This document shows, one piece after another, positions 26,401 through 35,000 of a stretch of DNA of 40,722 nt (within the stretch, counting starts at the first letter, position 1; every line of letters starts with the position of its first letter). Under the pieces are notes generated by a model. It did no database searches. It was not told the origin of the DNA and saw only the letters and a list, made by a program, of their open reading frames with translations. The DNA lies in contig JALVIB010000013.1 of the NCBI GenBank assembly GCA_027028725.1, positions 1 to 40,722 of the forward strand, read 5' to 3'. Position numbers and translations under genes: made by a program. Origin of the DNA: Candidatus Altimarinota bacterium. Lineage in GTDB: Bacteria > Patescibacteriota > Gracilibacteria > UBA4473.

Positions 26401-29400
26401 TTCGCGGGAATTATCAAAGTTTAAATCTCCTGTCATTACTTCGTCAATAACCCCCTGATTTGTGCGATAAATCGGCTTTCCTAAATCTTTGGTCAGACCA
26501 AGTTCGGATTTTTCGTTTTCGCTAGCCACTGATAAAGTCGGATCACCGAGCAAGATACAATTTTCGGAACAGGAAAATTTTGTCGCTTCTCCAACTGAAT
26601 TTTTCGCAGCAAAAAGTAGTCCTCCTTTCCAAGAAGTTGTCCAACCTAATTTTTCATCAGTTGTCGGAAAATTTGGCGCTTTCAATATTTTATCGGGTGT
26701 TTCAAATTCATTTTTCGCGATAACCGCAATTCCTTTCGGGGAAGTTGTGGTCAGCCCGTTTAAAGATTTTTCTAATTTAATAGACGGATCTAGACTCTGG
26801 AAAAATAACGAATTTCCCGCGAAATTTTTGGCTTGGAATATTTCTGAAACTTTTTTAGAAACCTCGAGTCCTGCTTCTTTTTTTGAAAACAATTTTTTCG
26901 GTGTTTGTAGTTCCTCCAAATTAAATTGAGGATCAGTCATTTTCAAAATAATTTCCCCCAATAATTTTCCTTCTAAATAAACTTCCCAATGATACAAAGA
27001 ATTATCTTTAATTCGTAATTCCAATTTGGAATTTTCGACAAAAATTCCCCCTTGCGGAGCAATTTTAAACAAAGGTTGTTCTTGATAAAAAATTTCGCGG
27101 GATTTTAGGTAAAACTCCTTAATATCTAATTCTTCAACAGGAATAAAATAAATTCCGTCTTCCTCTATTTTTTTTCTTCCTGCCCAAAAATCTACCTTCG
27201 AATCAAAATTGAATTTAGCAGAGACTTTTTTATTTAAAACGACCTCCCATTTACTACCAGAAACAACTTCCGGCTGAAAATCCCGCGCTGTGCCCCGCAA
27301 GGCGGTGGAAATTTTTCCGTCGGCAAAAATATTTCCTAATTTTTTCGCTTGTTTTTTATCAGCTATTTGTGTCGCTACCGCTTGCGTTTCACCATCAAAA
27401 AGAAAGCGATTTCCAATATTTGGCTTAGTTAAATCTCCTCCAGCAAACCCAAGTAATAATGTTAGCAAAGATTTCGGTGATAAATGCTTGAAATCACTTG
27501 TCGTCAAAACTTTTACTGCATCAATCTCGATTGTTCCCGGCAATAAATCGTCATTTTGCGCAACTATGTAAGCTTTTCCGCCATGCTCAACCGGATAAAT
27601 TTTATTAATACCTAAACCATTGGTAATTGTTAAATTTTCAGATTCTAAGGAAATAACTGGTGAAGAATTTGCGGGATTTTGGTTCTGATTCTGGACTAAG
27701 GCATCAACTTTTGCCGGATTATCCAAAATATTTAGATCCTTCAAATCTTGTGCTTTGTCCGCGAAATTTTCCGGTGGATTAACTGCAAACTGCACTTCTC
27801 CATCAAAGTCCGCGAGATTTCCATATTTATCGAGCACGCGAACTTGTAAATCTAGTGGGTTTTCATCGTCAACATTGAGAGTTTTCTTAGAACTTAAAAG
27901 TTGAATTTGATAAGGATCGCCCGCGAAAATTTGCAGGGAAAAATTGTTTTTCACAAAACCTGGTGCAGAAATTTGCACATTCAAATTGCCTGCTTTTTCG
28001 CCCGCGAAAATTTCTAGCTCCGCTTCCCCATTTTCAAAAACTATTTCTGGTAAAGCTGTCGCTTTGGCTTTATCGCTTACCAAAACCTGCGCAACAAAAT
28101 CATTTTTCAAAATTTTGCCGTCTGCCGTCTTGGCTAAAACCTTAATTTTTAACGGTTCTGTATCCCCCGCTCGCAAGTCTTTTTCCGGAATAATTGTTTC
28201 AAAAACTGGATTTTTAGCGAGTAAAATTTCCACCGCCTTGCGGGGCACAGCGCGGGATTTTTTAAGTAGAAGTGGTTTCTCATCTTCCTTTGTCGGAATT
28301 TCTGCAACCAAAGATATGTGTTCCGTAGGAATTTCGCGCTGTGCCCCGCTCTGCGGTGGGGATTTTTTCGTTGGTAAAATTTTGGTGATTTTTTTCAAAA
28401 ATTCTTCTTCCGGTTCATGTGCCTGAATGAATACTTCTCCTGCTTTTTCACCTTTTTCCAAGGTTAAATTTTCTCCAATCTGCCATTTTATTTGCTCTGC
28501 TAATTCTGGTATTTCGTTGCCATATTTATCAGTAATTCCCGTGAAAAAATTTTGCTTAACGCCGTTTATCACAAGTTTGTCTGGCGCGGAAAAAATCTCG
28601 ATTTTAGCTGGTTCAGCTGGCAAAATATCAAAATAAATTTTCGCGGGAGGAAGTAGTTTCTGTTCATCTTGTACAATAATTTCTGCTTCTCCGGCTTTAA
28701 TTCCTGGTAAGAAAACAATTTTAGCTATCCCATCTTTTATTTTGGCGCGAGCACCTGAAGTAAATTCTTCGGAAAAGAAACGCCCTTTTTCTGATGTAAA
28801 TTCTAAAATTTCGCCATCAAAACTGTGATCAATATTTCCTTCGTTATCCAAAATTTTCGCGGAAATTTCCGTTCCCGTTCCGTCTCCGGCGGTGATTTTT
28901 TCTTTATCGCTGGAAGCACTTATTCTCTTAGTTGAGATTTTTATTTGAACTTCGTTTGATTCAACTGAATTCCCGCGAAATTTAAACTTCACGACTCCCC
29001 CATTTGGTCCGCGTTTTGGCAAAAGGAAAAATTTCGCTTGTCCCGCTTTAACCAAAACTTTTTTCGCGGGCGTTATGGTAAAGAAATTTTCTAAATCTGA
29101 ACTATTACTAATCAATTCTACTTCTGTCGAATAATCGTTTTTCAAAATTTTGCCGTCAGCATCTTTGAGCGTAACTTTTATTTCCTGCGGAAAAGTCTCG
29201 TTGTTAGAAATTTTAATTGCACTTGGTTCAGCTGCAATTTCTGAAATAACAATTTCGTCTGCAGTTTTCACTGGACTTAAATCAAAAGAAGACAAATTTT
29301 TCGCGGGATTTTTATCTGTATTCTCTGAACTATCTTCTTTTTCTAAATCAACATTTGGAATTAGTTTTGTTATTTTACTCAAAACATTCGGCAATTCTTG

Positions 29401-31941
29401 TAGCCAAGGAACTAAACATTTTGAAGGCCAAGAAAAAATATTTCCCGTACAAGAATTTTCACTGGCTGATTTTTCAAAAAGCTTCTCGAATTCCTGTTGT
29501 AGTTTCAAATTTTCGCGGGAATTTATTTTTTTGTATTCTGTTGCAACTTCATCATTGGCTGAAGTTATATCGGCCTGATTTTTTAAGTCAACAAAACTGG
29601 TACTTGGTTTTTCATCACCACGCTCAAAAGCAATTTTTAGTCCGTTATTATTTTCAAAATCCGCTAATTCCCCGCGAATTTCTATTAACTCATAACCATC
29701 AAAATCTGATTGTTTTAAGGCATTTCGCGCTTTACCGGGCGCCGACATCGCCGCCGTCAACATTTCAATATTTTTTGTTTCCAAATCCTTTCCCAGCCAC
29801 TTAATCGCTTCAATTAGTTCTTTTTGTTTCCCCGAATTCATCCAGATAGAATCCGCGAAATATGATTCTTGGATTTTTCCAGCATTTCCCGCTGTTGAAT
29901 TAATTTCGTCTATTGTAGACAAAAGTTGTTGTTCTAAGTCCGCCTTAGTTAAAATTTCAAAATTTTCATCAGTTTCCTCACGCTTGTTAATTAAATCAAA
30001 AGCACTCGGAAAATAAATTCGGTAAAAATTATAATCGTAATCATAAAAAGAAATTCCGTGATGCGGATCAATTGGTAAAGCATTTGTTATTTTATTTTTC
30101 AGTTGGGCCTTAATTGTGTCTATTGTTGGTTCGTTGTGAACCATTAGAGAGGAAATTTCGATTTTCTTTTTGTTCGCAGCAGCAGTTCTAACTGCCGTAT
30201 CTTGTAATTCTAAAATAATAGGAGCGCAAGCACTAGCTCCATCATAGCGAGAATCAGAAATTTCGCGGGATCCTGTCATGCTAAAAATTGGAGAATTTAC
30301 TGATTCATACCAATGATTATAAGGTAGAGACTGAGTTGGATCATAAACTGCCTTATCCCAATAATAGTGAACTTTTACTTCTTCATTACTTCTCATATGA
30401 GATATATATAACGGTAAACGACATTTATGATAATCAATATCACTACCACTAATTTTTCCACAACAACGATCGTCTGGATAAATATCATCACTAGTAACAA
30501 CTTTGCTAAATTTATGCGGATTAAAAACCCGCGAAATTTCTACTTTTTGAGCAATTGGATTAGAGTCTGAACGAAGTGTTCCCCGATAAAGAGAACAATT
30601 CTCTGCAGGATACTTTATATCAGCTGTTTCATACTCTCCTGTTCTCCAATTCCATTTTTTAAAGTATTTGTTTTCTACTGGCTTACTAAAAGGTATCCCT
30701 AACCATTCAGCAGGAAAATGTTTTAAACAAGTACTTTCATCATTATTAACACATCCAACATCTTCTATTATAAGATTTACTTTGGCCGCAATATTATTTT
30801 CATCAACCTTATTAATTAAAATATTCTCTACTTCATCAGTAGCTTCTTTCAAAATATCTGATGCCCACTGGTCTTTTTTGGCAATTAGTGAAATGGTCGT
30901 ATCAATATCCGGCGCTTCCCAGCGACCAGCGACTTCTACTTGCTCATTAATTTGCGATAATAAATTTTTATTCGCGGTCAGATACCGCATTGACATTGTT
31001 TCAATTGGATTTTTGGTAAAAATATCAGGAATTTGCGATAAATCCATTGACTGATCTTGTCCTTGCATTGAGTTCGGCAAAAGTTCGTTTGGCACGCCTT
31101 GTCCCATTTCTTTATCTAGCAATTCCTGCAACCAATGCTTATTAAAGCGGTGATAAACAAAATCACCCAAATGATTAATCCAGTTCTCATAAAATTGTTT
31201 TTGTTTCTCACTTATCCCCCGTCGTTGACGGAAAAAATCCGCGAAAAAAACTTTTTTGGAATAATTTATCTTTTTCTGGTGAACTTGGTGATTACGCGTA
31301 AAATATTTTTTTAATTCTGCAATTTGCAATTCTAAATCATCAGCATCAGACCGAATTAATCCGTGCCAAATTTCCGGCTCATTATCTCCCCCAACCCATT
31401 TAAAGCGTTTTCTATCAAAATCCCATTGATAAGAAGTATCTTCAAAATCAACATACGGAAAAATCGCGGGATTTAGACCGCCGTTTTTGTCAACAATTGG
31501 CAGAGGAACCTCTCCGATTAAAATTGTTCCAATTAATTGTGACTTATGATCATTTTCGTATCCGGAAAAATAAAGTTGCGCCAAACCTTCCTGAATTTCT
31601 TTGGGAGAAGCGTCTTCCGGTACATTGATAACAATTGCCCGCGAATTTAGTTCATTCTGAACATCCTGTGCATATCGTTCGATGTCGCCTTTTAAATCTG
31701 TGTCTAGAAGTTCTTCCTGAACCAGAATTGCCACAATTTTTTCGCGGGAAATTGGCGGAAGTTCTTTTTCCGGCTTTTCTGAAATATCTTTCTGTTTATC
31801 CTTTTTAATGAAGTTTATATTCCCAAAATCAAAATCAAAAAGTGCTTTGGCTTCCGCGATTGGTGCCCCAATAGAGAAAAAAACTGACAAAAGCGCCACA
31901 AAACTAGCAAATTTTTGCCATAACTTTTCTTTAAAAAACAT
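20407..31941 (-). CDS. giant (3,844 aa) membrane-anchored surface protein with Ig-like (Big_1-like) and FG-GAP/VCBS-like repeats, Pro/Gly-rich hydrophobic segments and a coiled coil
   Basis: Single uninterrupted ORF. N-terminal signal/anchor (FASFVALLSVFFSIGAPIAEAKA). Invasin-like Ig repeats at about 27760-29250 (VTLKDADGKILKND..., AKILDNEGNIDHSFDG..., RVLDKYGNLADFDG...). FG-GAP-like DxDxDG-type segments (GDLNFDNSREIF, NSDAFDDLVLLDDSNNLYF, SDLDEDGTPELLYS). Contains 30 short motifs and 5 composite repeats, all in frame. Confidence 0.8.
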   Translation of the reverse strand: MFFKEKLWQKFASFVALLSVFFSIGAPIAEAKALFDFDFGNINFIKKDKQKDISEKPEKELPPISREKIVAILVQEELLDTDLKGDIERYAQDVQNELNSRAIVINVPEDASPKEIQEGLAQLYFSGYENDHKSQLIGTILIGEVPLPIVDKNGGLNPAIFPYVDFEDTSYQWDFDRKRFKWVGGDNEPEIWHGLIRSDADDLELQIAELKKYFTRNHQVHQKKINYSKKVFFADFFRQRRGISEKQKQFYENWINHLGDFVYHRFNKHWLQELLDKEMGQGVPNELLPNSMQGQDQSMDLSQIPDIFTKNPIETMSMRYLTANKNLLSQINEQVEVAGRWEAPDIDTTISLIAKKDQWASDILKEATDEVENILINKVDENNIAAKVNLIIEDVGCVNNDESTCLKHFPAEWLGIPFSKPVENKYFKKWNWRTGEYETADIKYPAENCSLYRGTLRSDSNPIAQKVEISRVFNPHKFSKVVTSDDIYPDDRCCGKISGSDIDYHKCRLPLYISHMRSNEEVKVHYYWDKAVYDPTQSLPYNHWYESVNSPIFSMTGSREISDSRYDGASACAPIILELQDTAVRTAAANKKKIEISSLMVHNEPTIDTIKAQLKNKITNALPIDPHHGISFYDYDYNFYRIYFPSAFDLINKREETDENFEILTKADLEQQLLSTIDEINSTAGNAGKIQESYFADSIWMNSGKQKELIEAIKWLGKDLETKNIEMLTAAMSAPGKARNALKQSDFDGYELIEIRGELADFENNNGLKIAFERGDEKPSTSFVDLKNQADITSANDEVATEYKKINSRENLKLQQEFEKLFEKSASENSCTGNIFSWPSKCLVPWLQELPNVLSKITKLIPNVDLEKEDSSENTDKNPAKNLSSFDLSPVKTADEIVISEIAAEPSAIKISNNETFPQEIKVTLKDADGKILKNDYSTEVELISNSSDLENFFTITPAKKVLVKAGQAKFFLLPKRGPNGGVVKFKFRGNSVESNEVQIKISTKRISASSDKEKITAGDGTGTEISAKILDNEGNIDHSFDGEILEFTSEKGRFFSEEFTSGARAKIKDGIAKIVFLPGIKAGEAEIIVQDEQKLLPPAKIYFDILPAEPAKIEIFSAPDKLVINGVKQNFFTGITDKYGNEIPELAEQIKWQIGENLTLEKGEKAGEVFIQAHEPEEEFLKKITKILPTKKSPPQSGAQREIPTEHISLVAEIPTKEDEKPLLLKKSRAVPRKAVEILLAKNPVFETIIPEKDLRAGDTEPLKIKVLAKTADGKILKNDFVAQVLVSDKAKATALPEIVFENGEAELEIFAGEKAGNLNVQISAPGFVKNNFSLQIFAGDPYQIQLLSSKKTLNVDDENPLDLQVRVLDKYGNLADFDGEVQFAVNPPENFADKAQDLKDLNILDNPAKVDALVQNQNQNPANSSPVISLESENLTITNGLGINKIYPVEHGGKAYIVAQNDDLLPGTIEIDAVKVLTTSDFKHLSPKSLLTLLLGFAGGDLTKPNIGNRFLFDGETQAVATQIADKKQAKKLGNIFADGKISTALRGTARDFQPEVVSGSKWEVVLNKKVSAKFNFDSKVDFWAGRKKIEEDGIYFIPVEELDIKEFYLKSREIFYQEQPLFKIAPQGGIFVENSKLELRIKDNSLYHWEVYLEGKLLGEIILKMTDPQFNLEELQTPKKLFSKKEAGLEVSKKVSEIFQAKNFAGNSLFFQSLDPSIKLEKSLNGLTTTSPKGIAVIAKNEFETPDKILKAPNFPTTDEKLGWTTSWKGGLLFAAKNSVGEATKFSCSENCILLGDPTLSVASENEKSELGLTKDLGKPIYRTNQGVIDEVMTGDLNFDNSREIFVRSGDTLSALYADPHNQDNFRDIGKILRFADGAKQTVAYNKNNGDLEYIIQINDEGKLIFHHNQDGKFSREKINLGLLNPIEKIAVAKLNSDAFDDLVLLDDSNNLYFVYGREGGFYSAQLLDSAGATFQEISEYYTTADGQNRSLKYINPDKFKNLQNFFAGFSNILDYAWTPNLRKIGETDFLRVTENKAFNIKFEMTQENPRNLNNLKVQKDSEFTAKVTIYSPNIDLENFKLIVPKFAGFQVDTNSFDFTNCEGNPEISEKSESMMISGCNIPKQQLVRISWKLKTVEVPLISFKVVDFVGKDGIDDILIPWVIDGKKKFIEYLSYGSGKLYPPNPAKKTPDAPASPIVKTHLKKIVDAFPEGTTFPSDFDAESTASDMLECLTSSDDGLPPFYHTLDVEELMQEMSVKQNFAGLQIPSIAFLAPGPQSIYIPPFAFPGPQFPGFPILWVGPSTPFVGVGPNSTSLFRLYIMPTTTLRVGIGICGGPVIDSSMSPTGSPFPPQCFVIVPPLSSSSSSGNGNNNDTSNNCIFENPANSDENASRNAFLQNSFADNGNVNYGTFAPLVGGYSQNLNIAAPDIITEWAKAQMDEFSNYKFPQFDIILPKFPKLKFGDKSMKPLDRLAASPYFEVKRKNLQINYPDFSREKLDKLKTDFSFWKKSSADAKASLSQSLVDLELTDFQDFDRAIADFQTNFNNNFSAEINLPDLSKLPPDLQLSIKNEVQNIKTRSAELKNLVNEKLIGLKNTPQELKNSAKNKIQEQIDEIEKIETVLDENLRALDSYMTEIKKLKELPKKIKRAVEEMEKINEVVEVYWSTWINKNKQAVKEWKKFAKKVKGIVDTWNDIPNLFKDFTVSCVPGGGGGASSVNRGTMISWLLKILLSAVKLPVIPMPQMQNTMIDLSDVKIGVSVTVPEISFSPVPVSLPKLPTTISAKINPAKLIDQSLNASLKGFTASIGSVGKMTDLTFDSLEGITNEADLLIAGKNIENKLKSYNASLDSSLSTLSGGGNFHRLAGHSAGNSANYNADFIAKFPTIKVPNIVVLPPLPKVVPEIKVPTINLPQLPTLLPPPNFPNILKPVTAIVSAFKPFMKTILCWLSMGIIPIPEWKVASRVVQLTNRTSLLPMDFVPSAQLPLMPKMVAPTINIKPKVPLVPAFESVNASLTALAQTMNAITNTLSTMGKGGIPNPESIIPRNLPTSSIKNEKVETVAINLFDEVEDNSGEIDTRPVLQKLKKLADSATDIPLDFQQKKIKSRLEKHLALYKNMLASADDVPNFLPDNVDTSKYDPKNIEPQPIAKLYYYDSQKDKAEVITDFPVNGKIHTLNVSDLDEDGTPELLYSIDGQLFMKRLKDKFPTESQTSKEVIHQNFAEFSKYFAPAIELNSETNAIGSSLEFLPPKSREISYFEWIISERPDRIFEKTPKSRAVPRKAVEKYSKEWKRIGFLIRPKGHKYEIRPGVAQIKKIVGHPILYGNKMKKIARFSASECRDPEVVKPFFPEETILVGIGKESQFRVKTKKREGQQAEERDIILRAGEETAVDFAEICLTRGEINYLDLGKIEKFVPKVGDHFFSNMRFELGNNDEVELNLYNDTKVHIYGGESYELHSFNSRENFIDNFQKLNLGNHYGQFKAFKKDGESFVLSKNLLHDPQPGDDTEPPQIIISQGSKIEAFITAPIEIDASGSYDNQKISRVWWKRDGHIFLDSDKDKKSPTQLLKIKLPAKNFPQNFEVELNIADESGNIATQIIPIEVKVPKLKLIDVSRREQKIRGKIKEGISGLRVGVLRERKGRKDILEKTAISEKGGNFVLEELGTSGNILLKDKNTKEVLAAILPTGRPMILNSKKAHTRITTKPFAIKITDDKMEEMATITLKTSGENDVKINSNTSEIPAKSVKNSSEIQVVDADDQDDFVWQSFSDGVVLLDNANKRTVGILNNSGKFEATDYLKNLKILPKKATDEKEPLIFTINIENEKGIDKKIAEFFIPVKDIVVQ
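22078..22114 (-). repeat. composite element copy c (in frame in the giant gene)
   Basis: Reverse complement is AAAATCCCGCG-CAGTGCCCCGCAAGGCGGTGG-AAAA. Read as KSRAVPRKAVEK. Confidence 0.9.
23319..23356 (+). repeat. composite element copy d (in frame in the giant gene)
   Basis: AATTTCCCGCG-CTGTGCCCCGCTAAGCGGTGG-AAATTT. Read antisense as NFHRLAGHSAGNS. Confidence 0.9.
27277..27316 (+). repeat. composite element copy e (in frame in the giant gene)
   Basis: AAAATCCCGCG-CTGTGCCCCGCAAGGCGGTGG-AAATTTTT. Read antisense as ISTALRGTARDF. Confidence 0.9.
28223..28263 (-). repeat. composite element copy f (in frame in the giant gene)
   Basis: Reverse complement is AAAAAATCCCGCG-CTGTGCCCCGCAAGGCGGTGG-AAATTTT. 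Read as KKSRAVPRKAVEI. Confidence 0.9.
28330..28368 (+). repeat. composite element copy g: the same cassette inside an opposite-orientation host motif (in frame in the giant gene)
   Basis: AATTTCGCG-CTGTGCCCCGCTCTGCGGTGG-GGATTTTTT. Read antisense as SPPQSGAQREI. Confidence 0.85.
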
Positions 31942-32007
31942 AATATCAGGGGGTTTGTTTTTCTTTGCCTGAATTATGTATCTTTTTTTCTAAAAACTCA
32001 ATAAATT

Positions 32008-32015
32008 TTCGCGGG
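32008..32015 (-). repeat. short motif core, 12 nt after the 1,796-aa gene stop
   Basis: Minus-strand reading is TAAAATCCCTAAAATCCCGCGAAAATTT. Confidence 0.9.
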
Positions 32016-32027
32016 ATTTTAGGGATT

Positions 32028-35000
32028 TTATTTTGGAGGACTCCAACTCATTAAAACTTTTTCAATAACTTCAGTATTTTCAAAGTATTTTTCGCGTGTT
32101 TCTGGACTATCTAATAATTTTTTTGCCTTTTCCCAAACACCACTTTCTTCCAACTTCTTTTTTCGCTCTTTATATTGAATTCCATATTCCAAAACACCCA
32201 TAAAATCTAAAACTTCTCCAAATCCATCATCACCACCAGCAACTTGAAAAACCTGTTTCATAAAACTATTAATTTGTTCTTTGCTTCTTTGAGCCGAAGC
32301 TGAATAACCTGTATCTTCCTTTCTCCAATCTTCTGCATTAAAGACTATTGAACCACGCTCCTGTCCAAGGTTAATATTACCTTGAAGTGTTTGAGTTACA
32401 GTTAAAGCCGCATTTAATCTGTCTCCAACCTCAATTAATGCTCTTTTCCTTTCTTTTTGCCAACCAGGTAATTCACCCCATTTTTCATCTCCTTCTTTAA
32501 TATAATCCCGCATCATTTGCATATATGTCGGAAATCCTGATAAATAACGACGCCAAAGGTCGTTTGACAATTTGTTTTCACCACCAGAAGATTGTGACAT
32601 ATTGTTTATAAGATGGACCTGCTTCCAGTCCGCGAAAAAACTTTCTGCATCATCATGATCTCCCTCTTTATCTGAAAAACGATCCATTCGCGAAACACGA
32701 TCACGAGCCGGTGGGGAAGCATGTACAATATGATAAAAGAATTTTTTTGTTTGTTCTTTAATATTAGAATCATTAAGAATATCAAAAGACCCACCTCCAT
32801 TACCAAGAAAGTCTCCCCAAGCCTTATAGTCTTCATATGTCCACCCTCTTTTTTCTGCTCCTGGAGTGTCTTCTGGAACAATTCTGCCATTTAATTTATA
32901 AGATTCCTTATCTGTTAAAAAATCAACATGTGGAAATCTTGCTAAAAATTTATCATTAATTCGCATAAAGGCATCTCGTGAAATTAAACTACGATTTGTT
33001 TTAGGATTTATAGTAGCAACCCCCATTACTAAAAAATACCATCTTTGATCAGGTTGTCCGTTCATTTTTCCTTTCTCAAAAGACTCATGAATAAAACATT
33101 CATATTTCGCGGGATCTACATCTGTACTATCTCCTCTTGCCCATTTTTTTAACATTGTTGATAAAATCCTACTCCTAGCTACAGGAGAGTCCTCATATCT
33201 AGCAAAATCAGCTTTAAAACTATCGATTGCTGAATCAAGTTTACCTTTAAGATTAGTATCCCAATCTCGGAATGTTTCTTTTGACCAAATAAATTCACAA
33301 GCATTACGAACTTTGTCCAAGATTTCTAAACGAGAAAGATTTAAGTCTTCAGGAATACGGAAAGTAACTGCATTTCCGGACAACCTCATCAAAGTTCTCC
33401 ATAGTCCAGGATCATCCCATTGCAAAACCCCCTTATCTAACATCAATCTAATCAAAGCTTTAGCTTCATCTTGGTCATTGGTACGATATAAGGCATCTTG
33501 CAAATCCCATCCCGGCACTTCTCCATACTGAGTTTCAAATTCTTTAACCCGGTTTTCTTCTGCTTCTTCTGCCTTTTGCTTAAAATCTTTTCCCCAAGCT
33601 GATTTCTCACCAAAAAAACTCATTCCAATATTTGCCACAGCTCGCTCTGAATCACGCTGCCATCTTCTTTCATGCACTTCAATTGCTTGTTTTACAATGG
33701 CATATAAATCATACAATGAGAATCTTTGATAATTCCTCTGAGGACCACTGTTTTTGGCATTATCATCATATTCTGTCACCCATTTTTTAATTTTTTGCGC
33801 ACTATCATTGGCGCTCTTTGAATAATCTCGCAAAGAATTAAAATCTGCCATTTCAGCAATAGCTTCTGCTCTGTCCTGCGGAGATGCATCATAACGATTA
33901 ATCCAGTCTTTTAGGAACCCTGACTTAAAAAATTTATCTGATTTTTCTTTAAATTCATTCAGTCTTGCTCTATGTTGACTCAAAATATCTTCTAAATACT
34001 CCTTATCCAAACCATATTTATTAAAGAAGTCTTGATCATCCATTTTGTTTAAATCTCGACGGATTCGACTTTCAACATCATTAATTGCTTCCTGATATTC
34101 CGCGAAATCTTTTTTAAACCCTTTAACTACCTCATTATAATTTTTGGTAAATTCTTCTTTATCAGGCGTATCATCATCAAAAAATTGCAACTCGGTCAGA
34201 AGCTCCAAAGCTCTATTGGAATCTTCCAAATATTTATTTAAAGACTCACTTTCTTTAGCAAATTTCCCGTCTCGAAAATTCAAAGCTGTTTCAAGTTTGA
34301 TGAAATTATCAGCGAAAATTTCCCAGAAAGTCTCTTTTCCCGTAAATTTATAATCAATTTTTTTCGCGTGTTTTTGCAAATTATCAAAAGTCTTCTGGAA
34401 ACTATCCAACATTTTCATTGGAACTTCCATCAATAAATCGGTAAATTCAGCCGGATTAACTCCTTCCGGCAAAACTTCGTTAATGACTGTACCTAAATCT
34501 AAAAATTTATTTCTTAATTTCTCCTTTTGTTCCGGCCATTTCTCAAAAAGTTTATCTAACTCATTTTTAGCTTCTGCTTGACGCAAACTCGCCGCAATCG
34601 GATCATCTTTCATCTTAGAAATCCCGCGAAATTTTTCAGCAATTTGGGCAATATCATCCCGTAATCCATTAGTTATTTCTGCAATTTCATTATTAACACT
34701 CTGTGTTTGTAAAGCTATTTCATTCAAAAACTCGCGCCCCGGAGCCCAAATTAATTTAGGTTTACCATTTTTATCTTTTCCCCAATATCGCCCGCCTCTT
34801 TGATAAGCTTGTTTGCGGTACTCAAAGGACTCTTCTAATTTATCTGCTTCATCTAAATAATGTTGTTTTTTCGCGGGATTTGTTTCTTCTTCAGCTTTAC
34901 GACGCAACCGTTCTACATAAGCTTCATTAACTTGGTGTGCATCTTCTATTTCTTGTGATGTAATTAATTTATTTTGCTCATAAGCCACATGATCTTCGTG

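Noticed and set aside
20912-29804. Many 60-165-aa ORFs antisense to or out of frame with the giant gene (for example 20912-21331, 22703-23197, 23579-23944, 26489-26929, 27944-28426, 29150-29578, 29355-29804), and similar ones inside other genes.
   Set aside because: All are fully nested in long, motif-supported ORFs. They have low-complexity F/S/K/I-rich translations typical of the antisense of AT-rich coding DNA, and no independent signals.
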